This document shows positions 38,928 through 48,142 of a DNA stretch of 61,344 nt, in pieces. Source of the stretch: Spirochaetota bacterium (GTDB lineage: Bacteria > Spirochaetota > GWE2-31-10); contig JBGUUT010000100.1 of the NCBI GenBank assembly GCA_045133795.1, positions 1-61,344 of the forward strand, given 5' to 3'. The position numbers were made by a program, and so were the translations under genes. The notes below the pieces were generated by a model. The model was not told the DNA's origin. It did not search any database and worked only from the letters and a program-made list of their open reading frames with translations. Every line of letters starts with the position of its first letter. The stretch's first letter is position 1.

Positions 38928-41321
38928 ATGGCAATCAAAGGAGAAAATAAACAATCTACATCTGTAATTACAGTTATTTACCGACTGTTACCGTTATTAC
39001 TTTTGTTTTTTATCGGATTAATAAAAACATCAACTCATTCATATCATCAAAAAGTATTCAAAACAGAATTAATTTTGTTTTCTTGTGCAATATTGATAAT
39101 GTTTGTTTTTCTTTTGTACAAAAAGAAATCGAAATTGTCGTTGTTGCATATCTTTTTTGCTGTTTTTTTGTTTTTGTATGTTTTTCAATATATTGTAACT
39201 TTCTTTTCCGGTGAAATCAGTTATGACCGTGAATATTATATAGCTAATTATATATTCTTACTTGTATTTTCCTTTTTTACGGCTTTATTTTTCAATGAAG
39301 AATCGGATTTTTTATGGGTAATGAAATTAATTGCTGTATTGATGGTTGTTTTGTTTTGTATTTCAATGCACGATTTTATCAATTATGTTTCTTATCCTAA
39401 GACAATTAATACAAAGCTTTACAGAACAGTTTCTTCTAATTTATCAGCTAAAGACAGCGAGCAACTTGATTATTTTTATGAAGCGACTTCGAAAAATTAT
39501 AAATTAAACGTGCCGTTAAATAAGACAAATAAGAGTATTCTTAAGGTTTTACTTAAAAAAGGGAAGTATTATTCTACCGTAAACTATAAAAGTTTGATGA
39601 CTTATTTCAGACCGGCACTTTCTTTTGGGAATACAAATTATTTTGCAGCTTATTTAATAGGGCTGTTGCCGTTGGGGATAATGGCGTTCTTTTGTATGTT
39701 TGACAGGCGAAAATCTATAAAGGAAAATAAAACAGCGGTGATTTATGGAATTATGGCATTACTTGGTTTTATTCCGCTGGTGTTTACACAAACAACGTCT
39801 GCATTTTTAGGTTTATTTATAACTTGTTTGGTTTTAGTAATTCCTGCTATTATTTACGCATCGTCTTTTTCTAAAAGAACAAAAATAATTTTATTGGCAG
39901 CCGAAGTTTTTATTTTCTTGATATTACCTTTGGTGGCATGGTTTGTTTTACCGGATTTGATAGGGACATTATTTCCTCGTGTTATAAAAAAATTGAGTGC
40001 TCCGGAGTTTGCGATACGTGACAGATTCAACGGTTGGACTCCGGCATTACAGTTATTTTTAGGACATCCTGTTACCGGAGCCGGGCTTGGGACTGTTTAT
40101 CCGGCATCGTTTAAGTATATTTCAAAATATTTTTATATTTATTCAAACAGTAATTCTTTTAAACATGCTCATAATGAATATGTAGAGCTTTTAGGCGAGG
40201 GAGGAATCTTAGCGTTAGGTTTATTTTTGTTTCTTTGCCTTTTTATAATAGTGAATATGATTAGAATATACTTAAGAAAAGATTGCAGTAAAGTAATGCG
40301 TTATGCTGCTTTGGGAATTGTTACGGGGATTTGTTCGATATTAGGACAGCAATTTTTTGATTTGTCATTGAGAATGAGCGTAACAATGGCAGCTTTTTTC
40401 TGGTTAGTCGGAGCGGGATTCTTTTTAATTTTAAAATGTCCGATAAAAAATGAAAAATTACAGTTTTTATGGCGGGAAAAGCTTGTTTTGCCGAATTTTG
40501 TAATAGGTTTTGTGACATTGGCATTAATAGTAATAGGTGGCTTGCTTGCAAAACCTTTGTTTACGGCAGAATATAATTTGATACAATCATTACGTTCAAA
40601 AAATCAAAAAGAAATCTTTTTGGAAAGAGCATATAAGGCAATGCCACAAAATCCTTATGTTTTAAATCATCGTTTTTCTTATCATTCAGCAATGATGCAA
40701 ATGGTTATTAATCAGTTTGAAAAATCAGTACAGGTAAACGGTGATGAAAAAAACGATTATATAAAAACATACATTCAAAATATGTATCAAAAAGCAAATA
40801 CCGATATTTCTTTACTTTCTCAATCAATTCCCGGTTATCAAGATTTGTGGAGTAAACGAGTTTCTTTGAATATTCAATATTTGCGTTTTCTTACAGTAGA
40901 TTATAATTTTGTTCCGCGAGAAGAAATTATTGCAGCAATTGAATCATTAAAAAATGATATTTTGAATGACTTGGAAAGCAGTTTAAATCAAAATTTTTTA
41001 AATATTTCTAACCATGTTTCAAGAATATATTTGCTTGCAGAAATGAAAAATAGTGACAGTATTAATAATGCGATAAAAGAATATCTAGAAGCAAAAATTT
41101 TAGTTAATTATGCAAAGGAAAAACGCTTGTTGCAGGAAAATGTGAAAATATCATTTAATGCTGAAGAAAAATCCGGTTTTAAAGAAAGTGATAAAGAGTG
41201 GCATTTTTTTATATCTGAAAGTTTAATAAATGAAACAGGTTCCAATATCTTGAATTCAAATAATGTTGGTGATGAATTGGAAAAACTTTATAAAACGGTG
41301 ACAAGAAAGGTGAATAAATGA
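38928..41321 (+). CDS. O-antigen ligase (Wzy_C) family membrane protein with a large C-terminal soluble region
   Basis: Many TM helices, SFGNTNYFAAY, R...W.......HPVTGAGLG, HAHNEYVELLGEGG. Confidence 0.85.
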   Translation: MAIKGENKQSTSVITVIYRLLPLLLLFFIGLIKTSTHSYHQKVFKTELILFSCAILIMFVFLLYKKKSKLSLLHIFFAVFLFLYVFQYIVTFFSGEISYDREYYIANYIFLLVFSFFTALFFNEESDFLWVMKLIAVLMVVLFCISMHDFINYVSYPKTINTKLYRTVSSNLSAKDSEQLDYFYEATSKNYKLNVPLNKTNKSILKVLLKKGKYYSTVNYKSLMTYFRPALSFGNTNYFAAYLIGLLPLGIMAFFCMFDRRKSIKENKTAVIYGIMALLGFIPLVFTQTTSAFLGLFITCLVLVIPAIIYASSFSKRTKIILLAAEVFIFLILPLVAWFVLPDLIGTLFPRVIKKLSAPEFAIRDRFNGWTPALQLFLGHPVTGAGLGTVYPASFKYISKYFYIYSNSNSFKHAHNEYVELLGEGGILALGLFLFLCLFIIVNMIRIYLRKDCSKVMRYAALGIVTGICSILGQQFFDLSLRMSVTMAAFFWLVGAGFFLILKCPIKNEKLQFLWREKLVLPNFVIGFVTLALIVIGGLLAKPLFTAEYNLIQSLRSKNQKEIFLERAYKAMPQNPYVLNHRFSYHSAMMQMVINQFEKSVQVNGDEKNDYIKTYIQNMYQKANTDISLLSQSIPGYQDLWSKRVSLNIQYLRFLTVDYNFVPREEIIAAIESLKNDILNDLESSLNQNFLNISNHVSRIYLLAEMKNSDSINNAIKEYLEAKILVNYAKEKRLLQENVKISFNAEEKSGFKESDKEWHFFISESLINETGSNILNSNNVGDELEKLYKTVTRKVNK

Positions 41322-42019
41322 ATGTAAAATATGCAGTGATTCTTTTTATTTTGAGCTTGTTACTTTGTGGTTGTAAAACATTTAAAAGCGGTATAGGAAA
41401 AAATATACTGCTTGGAGACCGTTATGAGGATACTGTAACAGCTGATAATGTTTATAAAAATTCTGATTTAAAATTAACGATTTCTTTTAATGAAAAGTGG
41501 ACTTTGAAAAATCAATACAGACATTTTGATAATTTCGAAAAAATGTTTGTTAATCAATATAATTCTGAAAACAGTGAAGTTTTGTTTATTGGTTATAATG
41601 ATGAAGATAAGTGTGGTGTCAGATGTTTTGTATCTGAACTAGGCATGAAGAATCAAGATTATTTTGAAAAATTAAAAGCTCAAGAAAGTGTTACTTTAGG
41701 AAAATATAAAACAGATTGTTTTTTAACAGAAGATTTAGCGTTAAAAAATTTTGAGTGTTATCATACTGTAATGGAATTGACCTTAAATGCAAATAATGTT
41801 TTTGTATATGATTCAATTTTTTTCAAAGATACTTTGTACAACTTTCGCTTGGATTTTTGGTGTACTAAAAGTGATTATGAAGTACAAAAAGAAGTTTTTA
41901 ATAATTTTTTTAATAATGTTGAATTGAATCCGGAAGGCGGATATGTACAAAAAAAATTTAATTCAGAAAATGAAAACATGCAAGATATAACTAATTTAGA
42001 AGGAGGCGAAGAAAAATGA
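41318..42019 (+). CDS. Hypothetical lipoprotein
   Basis: Signal peptide with lipobox LCGC. Confidence 0.7.
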   Translation: MNVKYAVILFILSLLLCGCKTFKSGIGKNILLGDRYEDTVTADNVYKNSDLKLTISFNEKWTLKNQYRHFDNFEKMFVNQYNSENSEVLFIGYNDEDKCGVRCFVSELGMKNQDYFEKLKAQESVTLGKYKTDCFLTEDLALKNFECYHTVMELTLNANNVFVYDSIFFKDTLYNFRLDFWCTKSDYEVQKEVFNNFFNNVELNPEGGYVQKKFNSENENMQDITNLEGGEEK

Positions 42020-43257
42020 AAAAAAATTTTTATGTTATATGTTTTTTAGTTTTCACTTTATCACAAGTTTTTTCAACAGAATCATCTTTACGTGGGATGA
42101 ACGGAATCAGTGATAACGGTAATAATTTTATACCGGATTTTTGGGCTGATACTTTAATGGTAAACCCGGCTTTTGCAACTGAATTAAAAGCAAAATGGGG
42201 ACTTCATCTTAATAATTCATTGAGATTAGGTATTCATGGTACAGCAAATAATGTTGCCAATAAAGTCGTAACAGATGTTAGTTTTGCAACCGGTGTAGAT
42301 CCGATGGTATTAATTAACTTTTCTAATTTTGTTTTTGGTATCGGTGGTGCTGCTAATTTTGGATTTTTTTCCAATGATACAAATGGAGACGTAAGTGTTT
42401 CACCTTATGTGAATGCCGGTGCGGAAGCTTTATTTGCTTTTAATATTAAAGATTCTTTTAGATTTGGTATTGATGCAAAATTTGTTGCGAATTTGGATGG
42501 TAGTTTAATCTTAAGAGGTGTGGTTACTCCGGGTATAATATTTTCATTTGAGAAGAATATGTTATCACTATCAGCTCCTATTCATTTAGCCTATGTTGAC
42601 GATGAAGATTTAAACGGAAAATTCAGATTTGGTATTATTTTTGTTGATGATTTATTGATAAGCGATAAATTTACGATTCGTATTCCTGCCAGAGCTGATG
42701 TAAGACTTTATACGACACCTTCAACATGTCATGTTACAGTGCCGTTTTCTGCCGGAATCTCTCTTATCGGAAAAGTTAATGATCCGTTGTTGTTCTTTGC
42801 AGGTTTAGATATCGGAACTTCTTTTGGTAATGCTTCCGTGACTGTTGATGATGATGACAAGGAAACGGTTAAAGCAACAGAAAAAAACTATTTTGGATTT
42901 ACGCTGGCACCGACTTTGAATGCCGGAGTGGAAGCAAAAGTTCTTTCATGGTTTACACTCAGAACAGGGTTAAGTCATTATTTCTGTCGTAATGAATATC
43001 ATCACTATGATGAAACTGACTTAACTGATGAGTGGTGGGAAAATAAATTTACTCTTATTGGTGGAATTACTTGGACTGCAGGATGTACTTTTGTTGTAGG
43101 AAAAAATGTTAGAATTGATTTGGCTGCAGATTTGCAAAATTTAGAATCTGCTTTCTATTCTAAAAATCATGCAGTTACAGGTTATGACTATGATAACAAT
43201 TTTAAAGTTTTGTTGACTGCTGCAGTTTCTGTTTTTTCATCTAAAACAGCAGAATAG
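42016..43257 (+). CDS. Putative outer-membrane beta-barrel protein
   Basis: Signal peptide, early NPA motif, alternating hydrophobic beta-strands, GVEAKVLSWFTLRTG. Confidence 0.6.
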   Translation: MKKNFYVICFLVFTLSQVFSTESSLRGMNGISDNGNNFIPDFWADTLMVNPAFATELKAKWGLHLNNSLRLGIHGTANNVANKVVTDVSFATGVDPMVLINFSNFVFGIGGAANFGFFSNDTNGDVSVSPYVNAGAEALFAFNIKDSFRFGIDAKFVANLDGSLILRGVVTPGIIFSFEKNMLSLSAPIHLAYVDDEDLNGKFRFGIIFVDDLLISDKFTIRIPARADVRLYTTPSTCHVTVPFSAGISLIGKVNDPLLFFAGLDIGTSFGNASVTVDDDDKETVKATEKNYFGFTLAPTLNAGVEAKVLSWFTLRTGLSHYFCRNEYHHYDETDLTDEWWENKFTLIGGITWTAGCTFVVGKNVRIDLAADLQNLESAFYSKNHAVTGYDYDNNFKVLLTAAVSVFSSKTAE

Positions 43258-43296
43258 TTATTGTGATAATAATTTTATTTAATAATTAATTTTTTT

Positions 43297-43338
43297 AAAG
43301 GATTTAACCTTGTTTTTTGTGAGGTTAAATCCTTTTTT
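43297..43338. terminator. Terminator between convergent genes
   Basis: AAAGGATTTAACCT...AGGTTAAATCCTTT. Confidence 0.85.
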
Positions 43339-44167
43339 AATCTAAATGTGGTAAATCTAAAAGTGTTGTTGTAATTTCTGTTTTGTTAATAGATACTAAT
43401 AAAACAGCATTTTTTTCTTTTCCTAACGTTGTAAGTGTTTTATACGTAACATTACGAATTTTGCTTTCATTATTTTGGTGTAAATGTCCAGAGATTACGT
43501 ATTTAACATTGTATTCATCGTTAATATTGAAGAAATAGTATTCATCTTCAGTGTAACTTACGGAAGTCCATTCTTGAACTGTTCCGGTGATAAAATTGTA
43601 ATGAGTAAAAACTAATAATTGCTTATTTGTTGATAATTCTTTTTCATACCAATCTTTTTGCTTGTTTCCGAATGTTCCGGTGGCTGTATCGAGAAAAATG
43701 AGTTTGGTATTTCCTATTTCTAAGGAATAAATAAATTGCCCCAATAACTTTCCAAAGATTTTATTTCCATTATTGTAAACATCGTGATTTCCTAATACCG
43801 GATAAATTATTCCGTTATAATCTTTCATATCATCCAGGAAAAGATTAAATTGTTTTTCTAAACCACTTTGTGAAATATCTCCGTTCACAATTAGAAATGC
43901 GGCATTGTAATCTTGACGTAACTTATCCAGTCTTTTTCCATATCCAAAACTTTTTTTATAATAATGAGTATCTGAAACAATAAGAAAAGAAAAGTTTTCA
44001 GAATCATTTATAGTAGGATTGGGATGTTTTGAATATTTTTTATTATCATCAAAACGAAAATCGATAGTTTCGGAATTTACGATAGAACACAAATCAAGAT
44101 ATTCACAAGAAGTAATAAATAAGAATAAAATAATAGAAAGCTTTTTAATTCTTGAAAAAATGTTCAT
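43337..44167 (-). CDS. Metallophosphoesterase lipoprotein
   Basis: Lipobox ITSC; SDTH, NGDI, GNHD, FTH, SGHLH. Confidence 0.88.
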   Translation of the reverse strand: MNIFSRIKKLSIILFLFITSCEYLDLCSIVNSETIDFRFDDNKKYSKHPNPTINDSENFSFLIVSDTHYYKKSFGYGKRLDKLRQDYNAAFLIVNGDISQSGLEKQFNLFLDDMKDYNGIIYPVLGNHDVYNNGNKIFGKLLGQFIYSLEIGNTKLIFLDTATGTFGNKQKDWYEKELSTNKQLLVFTHYNFITGTVQEWTSVSYTEDEYYFFNINDEYNVKYVISGHLHQNNESKIRNVTYKTLTTLGKEKNAVLLVSINKTEITTTLLDLPHLD

Positions 44168-44906
44168 AAGTACCTCCGATTGCTATCCAAAATTGGTTTG
44201 GGTAACCGGCTAATGCTCCGGAGCCGGTAAAACCGATTCCGGCATCAACTTCGATACTCCATATTTTTTTTCTTTGCGGGAAAAAATAATTCATTAATTC
44301 TAATTGAAAATTTCCAATTGAAATAAGGTCATCATCAAATACATTTGATAGTTTAATGCCGATATTATAAAAATTAGTAGGGTAGAAATGCGTTTCTAAT
44401 TTTAGAATAGGTGCTAAACGAATGCTGTAATCATTGTTAGATTTATTTATTTTTTCAATATTATAATCAATAATTTTTATATTACCGCCTCCACCTAACA
44501 CAAATAAAAGAACTTTTTTTACTGGAAGTTGTATTTGGAATGAAGTAAATAGATTGTGTTCTATAATTTTATATTTGTTGTAGTTCCATAAAGTATATCC
44601 TTGACACGCTGAGAAAAACTTACATAAGAAAAAATTATTTCTGATACTGAAACGGTCAAGTATTCTATTATCAGAAATAAGAGCAATTTTTATTTCAGGT
44701 GCTATAATTTTTGATAGTTTTACTCTTAGATAATTGGTAAATAATATGCCATTTGATATACCAATATTTGTATTAAAAGTAACAGTGGAAGTTGCACTGA
44801 AAGAAGTTGGGGCGAATAAATAGGGTGATATACCAAAATCTACTTCTTCTGAACAAAGTCCTATTTTTATGAAAATAAATAAAATTATTAGTTTATGCTT
44901 TTTCAT
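44145..44906 (-). CDS. Hypothetical exported, possibly beta-barrel, protein
   Basis: Signal peptide and amphipathic beta-strand pattern; overlaps both neighbours. Confidence 0.55.
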   Translation of the reverse strand: MKKHKLIILFIFIKIGLCSEEVDFGISPYLFAPTSFSATSTVTFNTNIGISNGILFTNYLRVKLSKIIAPEIKIALISDNRILDRFSIRNNFFLCKFFSACQGYTLWNYNKYKIIEHNLFTSFQIQLPVKKVLLFVLGGGGNIKIIDYNIEKINKSNNDYSIRLAPILKLETHFYPTNFYNIGIKLSNVFDDDLISIGNFQLELMNYFFPQRKKIWSIEVDAGIGFTGSGALAGYPNQFWIAIGGTYEHFFKN

Positions 44907-45513
44907 TATTTGTATTACCAGATAAAAATTTTATAACTTTCTTTATATCTTCCCAAGTTTCACGCTTGGTTGTTGAACCAGGGAAGTTGTTACGCAAAAT
45001 ATAAGATGGATGATATGTAGGAATGACAGGTATGTCTTGATAATAATTAAAAGTTCCATGCATTTTTGTGATTCCTATTTCTGTATTTAATAAAAATTTA
45101 GTAGCAGGATTGCCTAAGGTTACGATTATTTTAGGACGAATTATATTAATTTGTTCTAATAAAATCCAAGAACAAGCATTTATTTCATCTTTTTCCGGAG
45201 GTCTGTCTCTAAAACCTTTTAAATCAATTGTAGGACGACATTTTACAACATTTCCGATATATACTTGATTACGTGGAATTTTCATTCCTTTTTCAATAAT
45301 TGCAGTTAATAATTCACCTGCAGGTCCTACAAATGGTCGGCCTTGTAAATCTTCCTGTTTGCCTGGACCTTCTCCGATAAACATAACTTGAGCATCTGGA
45401 TTTCCTTCGCCAAAAACAAAACAATTTCTACATGCACCTAATTTGCATTTCTGACAATCTTTAGTATTCATGTATAGTTTATGAAGTAATTGTTTTTTTT
45501 CATCGAAATCCAT
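44893..45513 (-). CDS. Uracil-DNA glycosylase, family 4
   Basis: C..C.L, GEGPG..ED..GRPFVG, NVVKCRP, TYHPSY. Confidence 0.95.
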   Translation of the reverse strand: MDFDEKKQLLHKLYMNTKDCQKCKLGACRNCFVFGEGNPDAQVMFIGEGPGKQEDLQGRPFVGPAGELLTAIIEKGMKIPRNQVYIGNVVKCRPTIDLKGFRDRPPEKDEINACSWILLEQINIIRPKIIVTLGNPATKFLLNTEIGITKMHGTFNYYQDIPVIPTYHPSYILRNNFPGSTTKRETWEDIKKVIKFLSGNTNNEKA

Positions 45514-45534
45514 TATTCATTCCTTTGAGGCGAT

Positions 45535-45562
45535 AAAAAAAGGCTTCCTTTAGGAAGCCTTT
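45535..45562 (-). terminator. Terminator after rplY
   Basis: Minus strand AAAGGCTTCC-TAAA-GGAAGCCTTTTTTT. Confidence 0.85.
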
Positions 45563-45578
45563 CACATAATCTATTTAT

Positions 45579-46133
45579 TTATTTGTCAGAAGCTGCAACG
45601 TTTGCAATTACTTCATCTGCATTATCTAAAACCTTAAACTTTTTAGAGTCAAGAGTTAAATCTTTAACGCAGAAAGATTGATTGATATCTAAGTTAGAAA
45701 CATCAACATCGATGTTTTCAACTAAATCTTCAGGCAAACATTCAACTTTAACAGTTGATTTAAAAGTTTCAAAACTACCAAATTTCTTTAAACCAATAGG
45801 AGAACCAACGCATGTTAATGGGATAGAAACAGTAACAGGTTTTCCATTTTTTAATTCATAAAAATCAACATGTAAGAAAATATCTTTCAAGTGATCTTTT
45901 TCGTAATCTTTAACCAAAGCTTGGTATGTTTTATCTTCGAACTTAATATCAATAACAGTTGCTCTTGATATTTTTGAAGAAATTTTTTCAAAAGCATCTT
46001 TTTTTATTAAGAAATTAACATTTTCTCCTTGACCATACATGTTAGCAGGAATAAAACCTTCTTTTCTATATTTTTTAGAAGCTTCTTTTTTTAATAAATC
46101 CCTTTTTTTTGCTTCAAGTACAAAATTTGACAT
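45579..46133 (-). CDS. rplY: 50S ribosomal protein L25 (Ctc form)
   Basis: R.EGFIPANMYG, HVDFY, C-terminal Ctc domain. Start moved to the ATG after AAGGAG. Confidence 0.93.
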   Translation of the reverse strand: MSNFVLEAKKRDLLKKEASKKYRKEGFIPANMYGQGENVNFLIKKDAFEKISSKISRATVIDIKFEDKTYQALVKDYEKDHLKDIFLHVDFYELKNGKPVTVSIPLTCVGSPIGLKKFGSFETFKSTVKVECLPEDLVENIDVDVSNLDINQSFCVKDLTLDSKKFKVLDNADEVIANVAASDK

Positions 46134-46174
46134 TTTGTGAAACACTCCTTCGTCATTTTCCATTTAATAAAGAT

Positions 46175-46247
46175 CTGGGTCGGCAGGATTCGAACCTGCG
46201 GAATGCCAGTACCAAAAACTGGTGGCTTACCACTTGCCGACGACCCA
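46175..46247 (-). tRNA. tRNA-Gln (TTG)
   Basis: TGGGTCG TC GGC AAGTGGTAA GCC A CCAGT TTTTGGT ACTGG CATTCC GCAGG TTCGAAT CCTGC CGACCCA G; CCA not encoded. Confidence 0.95.
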
Positions 46248-46279
46248 AAAACTTTTTTGAAGCTATCAAGATGTTCATC

Positions 46280-47146
46280 TCATAGCTGCGTTTCAAATGT
46301 AATTAGCTTATATCCTTTTTTTTCTAATATTTCAATACTTTTTTTCATTTTTTTGCAAGAATTAAAAAAACCAATAATTGTTGAGCCAGAACCGGACATT
46401 AAAGCACCATCAGCCTCACTTTTTAGAATATCGTTTTTGATAGTTTGGAGTTCACTAAATCTGGTAAAAATACTTTTTTCAAATTTATTATAGAGAGAAC
46501 TAATGAATAAATTATAATCTCCTGTTTTTATTGCTTTAATCATCATTTTTAGTTTTATTTGATTTTCATATGAGTTGAAGATTAATTTATCTTCGTCTAA
46601 GCATTGATATGCAAATGGAGTAGGAATTTTTGTTTCAGGAAAAACCATTAGAGAATAAAAATGAAGTTTAGGATTATTAATGTTTCGTGTTATTTCACCG
46701 AAACCTGTGATTTTTTGTGTACCGGCATCTATAAAATATGGGACATCGGCACCTATATGTGCTGCAATTTCTTTTAATTTTTGTGAGGAGAAGCGGGTAT
46801 TACAGTAACGATTTAATATTTTTAAAATCCCGGCAGCATCGGAAGAGCCTCCGCCTAAGCCTCCGCCTAGTGGAATATTCTTTTTTAATTCAATATTTAA
46901 TCCTATTTTTTTTATTTTAGTGTAATCAAAAAAGATATCATAAGCTTTATTGATTAAATTGGATTTAGAATCGATGGAATTGGTGGAATCTTGTACTATG
47001 CATTCTTGTGATGAATTTTCAGAACAAATCAATTCATCTTTAAGATTAGTTTCGAAGAAAATACTTTCAATTCTGTGAAAATTATTTTTGTATTTTTTGG
47101 TAATATCCAGGAAAACATTTATTTTTGCAGGGCAATGAATTGTCAT
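46280..47146 (-). CDS. ispE: 4-diphosphocytidyl-2-C-methyl-D-erythritol kinase
   Basis: PAKINVFL, KNIPLGGGLGGGSSDAA, GADVP, MSGSGS. Confidence 0.95.
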   Translation of the reverse strand: MTIHCPAKINVFLDITKKYKNNFHRIESIFFETNLKDELICSENSSQECIVQDSTNSIDSKSNLINKAYDIFFDYTKIKKIGLNIELKKNIPLGGGLGGGSSDAAGILKILNRYCNTRFSSQKLKEIAAHIGADVPYFIDAGTQKITGFGEITRNINNPKLHFYSLMVFPETKIPTPFAYQCLDEDKLIFNSYENQIKLKMMIKAIKTGDYNLFISSLYNKFEKSIFTRFSELQTIKNDILKSEADGALMSGSGSTIIGFFNSCKKMKKSIEILEKKGYKLITFETQL

Positions 47147-47154
47147 TTTTAATC

Positions 47155-48006
47155 CTAACTTATAGTTTGTTTTATTTCTATATCAACTTTTGAAATAGTT
47201 AATCCGGTAAAACTTTCAATTTTTTCCTTAATAATATTGCGCAATTTCAATAATATATCCGGTGTAGTTTTTTGATAGTCAGCGGCTATGTATAGTTTTA
47301 TGGAATAACGGAGTTTATCTTCATTTATAAGTTTATTTTTTAAAAGTTTAATATCAGGGGAATATTCTTCTATACAAAAGCTTATCATTTGACTTAGTGC
47401 TTCTGGTGAAATTTGAATTTTCCCATCTTCATTGAAATTGGGACGAACAATTGTTTTTTCTATAACTTTTTCTTTTCCCTTTACATTTTTAAAAAGATGA
47501 ATTGCATTTAACACAAGTGTCGGGTATTTCTTTTTTACTTCGATAATCGGAATTGGGATGACATGTTTTCCTTCTTTTATTCGACTTTTTCGAGCTAATT
47601 GAATTTCTTCTTTTGTTGCAATATCTTCAATCTTAATCATTTTATATTTTTTAGGGAGATGAAGCCGTTCTATAATTTTTTTCAGCATATTTTCACTGGT
47701 GGATAAAATTAATAGTGAATTGAAATGTTCTTTTTGAAGTGCTTTTCGAACTTCTCTGGCGTGTTTTGTTTCTGTGAATATAGCCCTTTTAATTGCACTT
47801 ACGTGATATTTTTCTTCCTTTGCAGAATATCCGGCTAGAATTTTTTGGTCTTTTAATAATAGACCGTCATCGATAACATAATGAATGTTATATTTATCTG
47901 CAAGTAGAAAAGCTCTAAAACTTTTACCTGTACCGGGTGCACCCACTAAACCATATATTTTTTTGGGACGAATCCCCCAGAATAAATCATTAAAGGAAAA
48001 AGCCAT
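47155..48006 (-). CDS. P-loop protein with a C-terminal Asp23/Gls24-like domain
   Basis: GAPGTGKSFRA, IDDGLL, GKHVIP.P, EKTIVRP; C-terminal IESFTGLTISKVDI. Confidence 0.7.
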   Translation of the reverse strand: MAFSFNDLFWGIRPKKIYGLVGAPGTGKSFRAFLLADKYNIHYVIDDGLLLKDQKILAGYSAKEEKYHVSAIKRAIFTETKHAREVRKALQKEHFNSLLILSTSENMLKKIIERLHLPKKYKMIKIEDIATKEEIQLARKSRIKEGKHVIPIPIIEVKKKYPTLVLNAIHLFKNVKGKEKVIEKTIVRPNFNEDGKIQISPEALSQMISFCIEEYSPDIKLLKNKLINEDKLRYSIKLYIAADYQKTTPDILLKLRNIIKEKIESFTGLTISKVDIEIKQTIS

Positions 48007-48142
48007 TTTTTTCTCCTGTTGAATTCAATTAATTATTAAACTTATAAGGTTTTATTTATTAATGAACAAGTTTTTTTCATTATAAAAGCATTAATTCATT
48101 TAAAGTATGGACTAATTTTATCAAAAATTGTATTTTATCTCT

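Noticed and set aside
46137-46493. 118-aa plus-strand ORF
   Set aside because: Antisense to tRNA-Gln and ispE.
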